This document shows, one piece after another, positions 56,538 to 64,000 of a stretch of 64,000 nt of DNA. A program made the translations under genes and the position numbers. Position 1 is the stretch's first letter. Each line of letters starts with the position of its first letter. This stretch comes from Chthonomonadales bacterium (GTDB taxonomy: Bacteria; Armatimonadota; Chthonomonadetes; Chthonomonadales; CAJBBX01): positions 1-64,000 of the forward strand of contig JBBIPC010000005.1 of the NCBI GenBank assembly GCA_037443035.1. Direction: 5' to 3'. The notes beneath the pieces were generated by a model that searched no databases, had not been told where the DNA came from, and worked only from the letters and a program-made list of their open reading frames with translations.

Positions 56538-57608
56538 ATGAAGCGCATCATTGCACTGGCAGGGGCGTTGGCTGTCCTATTCAGTCTCGCGACATCCGCG
56601 ACTGCGGCGCTCGGCCCCGGCGATCCAGCTCCGCCGATCAAGGTGGCCAAGTGGTACAAGGGCACACCCGTAACGACTTTCGAGCCGGGCAAGGTCTACG
56701 TAGTGGAGTTCTGGGCGACTTGGTGTCCCCCCTGTCGGGAGAGCATTCCCCACCTTACCGAGCTGGCACGCCAGTACCGGGGCAAGGTGACATTCGCCGG
56801 CATCAGTGTCTGGGAACGAGATCCCCAGTACCTTACGAAGGTGGGCGAGTTCGTCGAGCAGATGGGCGACAAGATGAACTACAACGTAGCGGCCGATGAA
56901 CAGTCCGGGACCATGGCTCAGACGTGGATGACGGCTGCCGGCGAGAATGGCATACCCTGCGCTTTCGTGGTAGATGGCGCTGGCAAGATCGCGTGGATTG
57001 GTCATCCCATGGCAGACCTGGCGCCCACGCTCGACAAAGTCCTCGCTGGCACCTGGGATACGGCTGCCTTCAAGGCGAAGCGCGCTAAGCAGCAGGCCGC
57101 TGAGGAGAAGCAAGCCAGCCTTAACTCCAAACTTGGCCCGCTGGTCCAGCAGCGCAAGTATGCCGAAGCGCTCAAGATTCTGGATGCCGCCATTGCGCAG
57201 GACAAGAGCCTGGAGAAGGACTATGCTTACGGGCGGTTCACGCTCCTCGCCCGGGTAGACGAGGCCAGGGCACAGACCTACGCACTCAGGGCGGCGCAGA
57301 CGTTCTACCGCAACGAGCCGGAAGCGCTGAACCAGCTTGCCTGGACCATCGTCATGCCGAACTCCATGCTCAAGAAGCCGAACTACAAGATCGGACTGCA
57401 AATCGCGACGATGGCTGCCACTGCCACCAAGAACAATAACGCAGATGTCCTGGACACGCTGGCACTGGCGCAGTACCGCAACGGTCAGAAAGCTGCCGCA
57501 GTGGCCACCCAGACCAAGGCCGTGGCATTAGCCAAGAAGCAGGGCGCCAGCGCTCAGAACCTGGCCGAGATGGAATCCCGCCTCAGACAGTTCGAGGCGG
57601 GAAAGTAG
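56538..57608 (+). CDS. TlpA-like redoxin with a C-terminal TPR-like helical region
   Basis: Signal peptide; GDPAP, VVEFWATWCPPC, GIPCAFVV; LNQLAW...LDTLA helical repeats. Confidence 0.88.
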   Translation: MKRIIALAGALAVLFSLATSATAALGPGDPAPPIKVAKWYKGTPVTTFEPGKVYVVEFWATWCPPCRESIPHLTELARQYRGKVTFAGISVWERDPQYLTKVGEFVEQMGDKMNYNVAADEQSGTMAQTWMTAAGENGIPCAFVVDGAGKIAWIGHPMADLAPTLDKVLAGTWDTAAFKAKRAKQQAAEEKQASLNSKLGPLVQQRKYAEALKILDAAIAQDKSLEKDYAYGRFTLLARVDEARAQTYALRAAQTFYRNEPEALNQLAWTIVMPNSMLKKPNYKIGLQIATMAATATKNNNADVLDTLALAQYRNGQKAAAVATQTKAVALAKKQGASAQNLAEMESRLRQFEAGK

Positions 57609-57632
57609 GCGGAGATCGTTGGACTCAGACGC

Positions 57633-57668
57633 GTCCGACCTGTCTGACCTGTCCGACCTGTCCGACCT
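57633..57668. repeat. 9-bp tandem repeat, 4 copies of GTCYGACCT
   Basis: gtccgacct gtctgacct gtccgacct gtccgacct in the intergenic space. Confidence 0.9.
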
Positions 57669-57672
57669 CTTG

Positions 57673-57709
57673 AAAAGCGAGGCGCGCCTCTCAGGGAGGC
57701 GCCCTCGCT
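57673..57709 (-). terminator. Rho-independent terminator of the S8 protease gene
   Basis: AGCGAGG-c-GCGCCTC/TCAGG/GAGGCGC-CCTCGCT stem with TTTT after it on the minus strand, a few nt past the stop. Confidence 0.7.
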
Positions 57710-57712
57710 GTC

Positions 57713-60700
57713 TCAGTAGATCGTCAGGGTGCCGACGCCGGAACCTGCCTCCACCCAAGCGTCTCCGCCGAATTCCACAGTAATTGTATGGGGGCCAACC
57801 GCCTCCACGGTTGGATAGAGGTGTCGTGCGACTCCCGCCGTACCGGCGGCCGTGGTACCGGTGTTCGCTGTACCCACTACTGTGCCGTCCACCTTGAACG
57901 TCAGCGTCTTGTTTTCCTGCTTCTGGTAATCCGGCAGCCGCCGGAAATAGGCATACAGGTTCGCCGTGCCTCCGTATGGAACGGACTTGTTCATCACCCA
58001 GATGTACGGTTGAGCCTTCAGCACCGTGAGCATGGCCGTCTTCGCCACAGGCTTGTAGCCGGGGCCCCCAGCGTAGTCGCACAGGATCAGCCGCACCCCA
58101 GCGCCAGTGCCATCAGGTACGTCGTAGTAGGGGTAGCTGGCATATCCCTCGGTGTTCGTCGGGCGTGCAATGACGAACGTTCCCCCGACGTAGAAGTTGA
58201 TCGTCTGGTTGGCGATGGGCACGTCGTCGGAGCGTACCAGGCGAGCTTTCAGCTCCGTCCGTGCACCGATCCTCGCAGTCCGGTCGAAAGTCGCCATCTT
58301 CGTGGTCCAGGCCGGGAGGCATGTGAGGGTGCTTGTGGCCGAAGCAGGCTCATAGCTGGCGTCGCCGGCGAACTGAACCGTAATCGTCCGCGTGGCGCTG
58401 CCGTCCGTGATCGTCCAGGTGTAGTTCGAGTCCCCGCCAGCATCGGTGACGGCGGTTCCCACGGTTGTCCCATCCACCTTGTAAACAATGGTCTTACCAG
58501 ACAGAAGCATATTGTCCGTCGTGCGCTTCAGGTCGTATTGGCGGAGAATAACGACATCGGTGATGCGACCGGATCGGTCAATGGTCCACAAAGTCGTTTC
58601 TGCTTTCTGAACCGTCAGTGTGCCGGTTCCAGAGGAAGCGTTGTACTGCGCTTCTCCTGCGAAACTGACCTGGATCGTCCTGGAACCGGCCCCTTCGGGT
58701 ATTCCATATGACACGGACGCAGCACCGGTACCGTCAGTGGGCGCTGAGCCAACTCCTGTTCCATCCACCGCGAACTGAAGCGTACGTCCTGCGAGCGGAC
58801 TGCCCGTGTTGCTGGCGGTCAGCGTCGCGGACAGCGAAACGGTCTGACCCGGCTTCCCGGTTCGGTCGGCCACGGTTATCGTAGTATCGGACGTCACCGT
58901 CAGCGTCCCATCGCCCGCGGAAGGGTTGTAATTGTCATCGCCTGCGAAGGCGGCGTGAACGGCGTAGTCACCCACGGCTGTGGCCGACGGGATTGCATAG
59001 GCAAAGGCATAGTTGCCGGAAGCGTTCGTCACGGCTGAGCCGACAGGCGTCCCGTTCACGCTGATCTCCACGGTTCTTCCGACCACCGGCGGGTTCGTAC
59101 TCAAGTTGCCGGTGAGGTCCACGCTGTGTCCCGCCGTGCCCGTCTTGCTGTCCACTGTGAGGACGGTGTCCGCCTTACTGATGGAGAGGGTCCCGTCAGC
59201 GCTGGACGCCAGGGCGAAGGCGTCACCAGAGAACGCACCATGGATCGTGCGGCTGAGAGAACCTTCGGATACCGTCCAGTCACACGTCGCCAGTCCTGTT
59301 GCATCGGTCGTGCCCGATCCCACAGCAGTCCCGTCAATCGAGAACTGAATGGTCTTACCAACCACGGGGCTGCTGTCGCTCAGCTTGCGCAGAACCCCCT
59401 CCAGTGTTACGGTGTGTGCTATGACCCCCGTGCGGTCAGGGACCGACAACGTGGTCTCGAAGGGACTCGCGACGGTCAAAGTGCCGGTACCGCTGCACGA
59501 CTGGTACGCACCGTCGCCATAGTAGACGACGGTGATCGTGTGCGCTCCAACGGCAAGGTCCGAGGGTACATCGAAGGGGAACTGGGCGACACCCAAGGCA
59601 TCTGTTATTTCGTGCCCGAGCTCCGTGCCGTCTACTTCGAACCAGAGGCGGGCATCCTCGACGGGATCGCCTGAGGGCACGCGGGTCATCGTCGCTCGGA
59701 GGTCGGCGGTTGCGCCGGGGGCCGTTTCCACATCATCAACGACAATCTGAGCTGCGAAAGCGCCTACGTTGAAGTCCTGCCCCGGTGTGTCGCACCCCGG
59801 GAGCACCACGACGTTGTACAGCTTCTGGGTCTCGCCGAAACAGCTGGCGGTGACATTGTACGTGCCTGCCGGTAGGTTGATGATCCGGTAGCCGCCGTCG
59901 TTTCGGGTGGAGGCAGAGAAGGTAGCGCTCCCTCCCACCACTTTGGCTGTGACATTAGCATTCTGGACAGGCGTACCGCGGTAACGGACTTGGCCTGTGA
60001 TACAGCCCACCGTATCTCCCCTGGGATTCGGATAAGTGTCCAGGCTCAACGTACGGTAGACGTCGATCAGACCATAGCCGAAGTAGGGATCCCATCCGCC
60101 CGTGCCATCGGCAGCCTGCTGGATAGCCTGCCAGGTTAGGAGATTCGCGCCAGGAGTGCTACGGGTATAGCCCTTGTAGCCTGCGTACAGTGCCGCCAAG
60201 CCAGCCACATGTGGGCTGGCCATGGAGGTGCCCATGAGATAGTCGTAGTTCTGCGCGGCGCCGTAGTAGTTCGGGTCGTTCAGAGTGACGTAGTAGGTGG
60301 GCATGGTGCTGTAGACACCCAGCATCCACATGAGCTCATAGTCGTAGTCGCCGCCCGGCGCCGCGATGCCTACGAAAGGTCCGTAGTTCGAGTAGGTAGC
60401 TGTGCTGATTCGTGAGGTAGCCGCAACGGCAAGGACCTTGCTCAAGGCCCCCGGGTAATTCAGCTTGTCATATCCGTCATTGCCAGCAGCCGCCACCACG
60501 AGCACATTCTTCCGCCAGGCGTAGTTCACGGCATCCTGTTCCACTTGCGAGTACTCGTAGCTTCCCAGCGACAGGTTCATCACCAGCGCACCATGGTCCA
60601 CAGCGTAGACCATGGCCTGAGCGATGTCCGTATCCGTGCCGTTGCCTTCGGCGTCCACCACCTTGATGGAGAGGATTTCGGCGTTATAGCCCGTGCCCAC

Positions 60701-61507
60701 CGTGCCCAGAGCATTGTTCGTAGCTGCTGCCGCAATGCCGGCCACGTGTGTGCCATGACCGTAGTCGTCAGCCGCTCCTGGCGTCACCTCACCGCTGAAG
60801 ATGGACACATCCTCGGAGCTGACAAGCTGCCCGCCCTGTTCCACAGACGTGCCCGTCCCGCCGGTATTGACGAAATCGGGATGCGTGTAGTCTATTCCCG
60901 TGTCAATGACTGCCAGCCGGACGGCATCGGTACCTTTCGGCGAACCGGCGCTGTAATAGCGGTTCGGCCAGATGGACCAGCCCGGCACGCAGTTGATCAT
61001 ATGGCTATCCCACTTGTACCAAGTGGCAACGTCGGGATCGGATGAGATCAGATAGTCCAGTTGGTTGTAGGCCGGGTCATTGGGATCGGCCAGGAGAGGA
61101 TAGCGGTAGAGACGTGGCGCAACCCACAGGACGTCCGGATGCTTGCGTAGCTGCGCCATGGCTTCATCCACGGAGGGCACTTGGAACACGCTGACATCGA
61201 GCTGAGGAATCTGCTGGATCAACTTGGAGCCGGCGAGAAACGCCTGCTTCCCGGTTCGAGCAGCAAGCCTGGCCATCGTTCGCGGACCGCGAAACTTCAC
61301 AACGATCTGGTTCGGTACTCGGCTTGGGCGCTCCGCTGCCAATCGAAGGGGAGGCAGGCCACGGCCACGAGACGACTCGTACGACACCGCAAAGGGTAGG
61401 CCGGCACCCTGCCGTGCAGGCGGCACGAGCCACTGGGCGGATGCAGCACCAGCGAGTAAGAATGCGATAACCGCATGAAGCGCGGTGAGAATGTGCTTGC
61501 GAGCCAT
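57713..61507 (-). CDS. Secreted S8 (subtilisin/thermitase-like) serine protease with a prodomain, a carboxypeptidase-regulatory-like domain and 7 Ig-like repeats
   Basis: GGAGGG before ATG at 61507; signal peptide; triad VIDTG / HGTHVAG / GTSMASP; AAAGN oxyanion site; repeats ending F.GD..Y..S.G.GTLT. Confidence 0.93.
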   Translation of the reverse strand: MARKHILTALHAVIAFLLAGAASAQWLVPPARQGAGLPFAVSYESSRGRGLPPLRLAAERPSRVPNQIVVKFRGPRTMARLAARTGKQAFLAGSKLIQQIPQLDVSVFQVPSVDEAMAQLRKHPDVLWVAPRLYRYPLLADPNDPAYNQLDYLISSDPDVATWYKWDSHMINCVPGWSIWPNRYYSAGSPKGTDAVRLAVIDTGIDYTHPDFVNTGGTGTSVEQGGQLVSSEDVSIFSGEVTPGAADDYGHGTHVAGIAAAATNNALGTVGTGYNAEILSIKVVDAEGNGTDTDIAQAMVYAVDHGALVMNLSLGSYEYSQVEQDAVNYAWRKNVLVVAAAGNDGYDKLNYPGALSKVLAVAATSRISTATYSNYGPFVGIAAPGGDYDYELMWMLGVYSTMPTYYVTLNDPNYYGAAQNYDYLMGTSMASPHVAGLAALYAGYKGYTRSTPGANLLTWQAIQQAADGTGGWDPYFGYGLIDVYRTLSLDTYPNPRGDTVGCITGQVRYRGTPVQNANVTAKVVGGSATFSASTRNDGGYRIINLPAGTYNVTASCFGETQKLYNVVVLPGCDTPGQDFNVGAFAAQIVVDDVETAPGATADLRATMTRVPSGDPVEDARLWFEVDGTELGHEITDALGVAQFPFDVPSDLAVGAHTITVVYYGDGAYQSCSGTGTLTVASPFETTLSVPDRTGVIAHTVTLEGVLRKLSDSSPVVGKTIQFSIDGTAVGSGTTDATGLATCDWTVSEGSLSRTIHGAFSGDAFALASSADGTLSISKADTVLTVDSKTGTAGHSVDLTGNLSTNPPVVGRTVEISVNGTPVGSAVTNASGNYAFAYAIPSATAVGDYAVHAAFAGDDNYNPSAGDGTLTVTSDTTITVADRTGKPGQTVSLSATLTASNTGSPLAGRTLQFAVDGTGVGSAPTDGTGAASVSYGIPEGAGSRTIQVSFAGEAQYNASSGTGTLTVQKAETTLWTIDRSGRITDVVILRQYDLKRTTDNMLLSGKTIVYKVDGTTVGTAVTDAGGDSNYTWTITDGSATRTITVQFAGDASYEPASATSTLTCLPAWTTKMATFDRTARIGARTELKARLVRSDDVPIANQTINFYVGGTFVIARPTNTEGYASYPYYDVPDGTGAGVRLILCDYAGGPGYKPVAKTAMLTVLKAQPYIWVMNKSVPYGGTANLYAYFRRLPDYQKQENKTLTFKVDGTVVGTANTGTTAAGTAGVARHLYPTVEAVGPHTITVEFGGDAWVEAGSGVGTLTIY

Positions 61508-61643
61508 GGTCCAGCCCTCCGTGTTCCGGTCGTAACGCCGACTACCAGGGGCACACCATACCCATCGCCGCCCCCGGCGGACATGTCTAATGACGGATGC
61601 CCGCGGAATCTTGTTCCGGCTATGCTGGATCGTCGGAAGCGGG

Positions 61644-63044
61644 TCAGCGGATGCGAATCGGACGTGGCGACTGGGGTTTCGCGCCCTCGGCGTACGAGAT
61701 CGAACCGTGGGGCGCCAACTCGTAGCCGAACCGCTGAATGTAGTACTGCCGGGGATGGAACTCATCACCGACTTTCGCGAGCTCGGTGTGGAGGCGCGCA
61801 TCGAGGTGCGCACGAAGGCTGTCGTGCTCGGACGACGCTACCAGATTACGCATCTGGTACGGGTCTTTCTCGTCATCGTACATTAGCCACGGACCTGTAA
61901 TGCAGCGGACATATGTGTGGGTCGTGGTCCGTATCGCTCGGTACTCGAAGTCCACGTGCTTATGTCCGTGGAACGGGGAGATAAGCATGTACAGGGCCGC
62001 TCGGTCCTCATCTGGGGCTCCGCGGACCAGACGAGATAGGTCCTCCCCTTCCACGGTTCGCGGGATCCGAAGCCCTGCTAGACCCAAGAGCGTCGCCAAC
62101 AGGTCCGGCGTGTTCAGGGGCGTCTTTACCGTCCGGCACTTGTCGCCGTGCAATGCCGGGTACCGGACCAGGAGCGGCACCAGCGCCGATTCGCTCCATG
62201 GGACCTGCTTTGTGTAGGGTGGGCAGTTGTGCGAACCCAGCATCTCGCCGTGATCGGAGGTGAAGACGAAGACCGTGTTATCCGCAAGACCGAGCTTGTC
62301 CAGTGCCTCCACCAGCTGGCCCACGCATCGGTCCAGCAGTTCACAGTGGGCGTAGTAGCCTGCTGCCTCTTTGCGCGAGCGTTCCTGCAACTCCGGTGGC
62401 ACGTTAGGAGGAAGTCGGATGGAGGCAGGATCGTAGAGCCGCTCCGCACCGGGTGGAAGGTTGAAATGCGGGAAGTGGGGCGGGCCATACGCGACAAAGA
62501 GCAGAAACGGGCGAGACCGTCGCGAGGGGTCCTGCAAGTAGCGGATGGCCTCGTCCGTCTCGGCGAATGCATCGTAACCGTCCCAGTAGAGCTTCTTCGG
62601 CGAGTCATCCGCGTAGTAATGGGAATGCATATAGTCGTGCTCGCATTCCGCAGCTTTCCAGAAACGCCAGCCTTGCCTCCTCTCTGGTGGTATGTAGGAC
62701 TCGCGTCCGTGACCATCCAGGTGCCACTTCCCAATATAGGCCGTATCGTAACCGGCAGCATCGAAGATCTCTGCCATGCACAGCTCTGACGTCGGCAGAT
62801 GAAGGTCGTTCAAGAACATGCCGGTAGAGGTGGGGTAGCGTCCCGTCATCAGTGCAGCGCGCTGGGGAGTGCAGACCGGGCAGACCGACACGGCGTTGCT
62901 GAACGATATGCTCTGGCGTGCCAGCCGATCTAGATTCGGAGTCCTCACATTGGGGTCTCCGGCATAGCCGGTGGCAGATGCACGCCACTGGTCCACGAGG
63001 ATGAACACGATGTTGGGTCGCGAAGTGGATTCTCTCGAGTCCAT
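61644..63044 (-). CDS. Sulfatase (Cys-type formylglycine)
   Basis: PNIVFILVDQ, CTPQRAALMTGR, GKWHL and FTSDHGE motifs. Confidence 0.93.
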   Translation of the reverse strand: MDSRESTSRPNIVFILVDQWRASATGYAGDPNVRTPNLDRLARQSISFSNAVSVCPVCTPQRAALMTGRYPTSTGMFLNDLHLPTSELCMAEIFDAAGYDTAYIGKWHLDGHGRESYIPPERRQGWRFWKAAECEHDYMHSHYYADDSPKKLYWDGYDAFAETDEAIRYLQDPSRRSRPFLLFVAYGPPHFPHFNLPPGAERLYDPASIRLPPNVPPELQERSRKEAAGYYAHCELLDRCVGQLVEALDKLGLADNTVFVFTSDHGEMLGSHNCPPYTKQVPWSESALVPLLVRYPALHGDKCRTVKTPLNTPDLLATLLGLAGLRIPRTVEGEDLSRLVRGAPDEDRAALYMLISPFHGHKHVDFEYRAIRTTTHTYVRCITGPWLMYDDEKDPYQMRNLVASSEHDSLRAHLDARLHTELAKVGDEFHPRQYYIQRFGYELAPHGSISYAEGAKPQSPRPIRIR

Positions 63045-63054
63045 GATGCTCCTT

Positions 63055-64000
63055 CTAGACTGGAACCGGTCGGCCAGAAGCCGCCGATCGCTCGGCCGCG
63101 GCTAGCCATCGCTCGATCTCGACTCCTCGGGCAAGGGATGGGTCGAATGGGCGACGCTCGTGGTAGGCGGTAATGAAACTGTAGAGACAATGCAGGTGGC
63201 CGCGGAGCCAGCCTATAGTGGCCTTGGGAGTGGGAAAGATGGCAGGCGGCAGATAGCGCTGGACACAGTGGATACGTTTGAAACCGGAGGTGCCGCCCAG
63301 GGGAGCTTCTGGATCCTTCACGTCGAACCAGTCCAGGTAGTTCGGATCCATGAGCGAGAAGCGAAGGGCTCCTGTCGTTCCATGGATCTCCAGGCGCAGC
63401 TCGTCCTGAGCCCCGGTGGCGATTTTCGACGCTTCCAGGGTACCAATAGCGCCTGAGCGCATGGTGACAAGCATGACCGTCAGGTCGTCTGCACTCTGCT
63501 CCACCATCCGCGAGGGGTCTTCTCGTGAGGGGCGCAGCGGATGCAGGATCCTCTGACGCGCCATCACTTCTGCTGGTTCATCGCCAGCCAGCCACGTGAG
63601 CAGATCGAGCACATGGGAACCCAGATCGTAGAGCACGCCTGCGCCGTACTCCTTCGTGTCCTTCCATGCAAGAGGTCTCCCTTCCGGCACGTTGCCCGAG
63701 TGGAGATAGGCAGCCCGGAATCCAATCACTTGGCCCAGCGCTCCCTGCTCCATCATCTGGCGCGCACGCATGGTCGCAGGGAAAAACCGATTGTGAAAGA
63801 CCATCTGACCTGCCTGGACCAAGTCCGGAACGCGTCTAGCTAACTCCTCGGCCTGTTGCAGGCTACCGGTGAGGGGTTTGTCGCAATACACCGGTTTGCC
63901 AGCGGCATGCGCTGCGAGTATGGCCTCCAGGTGAGCGCTGTTAGGCGAGGCGATGTCGAGCAGGTCTATCTGGGGGTCGTCGGCCATCTCCTGAACCGAA
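63055..64000 (-). CDS. Gfo/Idh/MocA family oxidoreductase (5' end outside window)
   Basis: DPQID...SPN..H; KPVYCDKPL; GAGVLYDLGSH..D; N-terminal Rossmann motif not in the window. Confidence 0.88.
   Translation of the reverse strand, partial: SVQEMADDPQIDLLDIASPNSAHLEAILAAHAAGKPVYCDKPLTGSLQQAEELARRVPDLVQAGQMVFHNRFFPATMRARQMMEQGALGQVIGFRAAYLHSGNVPEGRPLAWKDTKEYGAGVLYDLGSHVLDLLTWLAGDEPAEVMARQRILHPLRPSREDPSRMVEQSADDLTVMLVTMRSGAIGTLEASKIATGAQDELRLEIHGTTGALRFSLMDPNYLDWFDVKDPEAPLGGTSGFKRIHCVQRYLPPAIFPTPKATIGWLRGHLHCLYSFITAYHERRPFDPSLARGVEIERWLAAAERSAASGRPVPV

Noticed and set aside
57633..57668. Possible CRISPR array
   Set aside because: The units are 9 bp, contiguous and have no spacers; no cas genes are present.
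61508..61813. N-terminal 102 aa of the 1366-aa ORF-track call
   Set aside because: It overlaps the sulfatase 3' end; the SD and signal peptide point to the ATG at 61507.

Overview
GC-rich, gene-dense bacterial chromosome segment. It is most likely Armatimonadota, inferred from two prepilin/DUF1559/H-X9-DG genes with the '[13 protein letters not shown]' signature and a DUF6785/DUF6784-like membrane protein. Left to right: (1) a >1330-aa secreted Ig-repeat protein running off the left edge, missing from the ORF track; (2) two tandem small monoheme c-type cytochrome paralogs; (3) a polytopic membrane protein and a sugar ABC binding protein/permease pair; (4) UPF0182, PhyH, URO-D-family and Gfo/Idh/MocA genes; (5) a pilin-like operon; (6) a four-gene two-component cascade; (7) a TetR-TolC-MFP-RND-PII-like efflux operon; (8) a split CHAD pair, DsbD, a lipid kinase, cdsA and maf; (9) imuB-dnaE2 transcribed divergently from thioesterase-polB around a perfect 14-bp inverted repeat; (10) thiol-redox and Cys-rich genes with a GH29 fucosidase; (11) an S8 protease with Ig repeats, a sulfatase and a partial oxidoreductase. 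I saw no rRNA, tRNA, CRISPR array, transposase or prophage. The most interesting observations are: a strongly conserved C-terminal Ig module shared by two otherwise unrelated surface proteins (candidate lineage-specific sorting/anchoring domain); a three-family (Y, C, B) polymerase locus with a symmetric divergent promoter; and cytochrome paralogs whose predicted mature N-termini (Met-Pro vs His-Pro) suggest cytochrome f-like ligation. All family names come from recognising motifs by eye, not from database searches.
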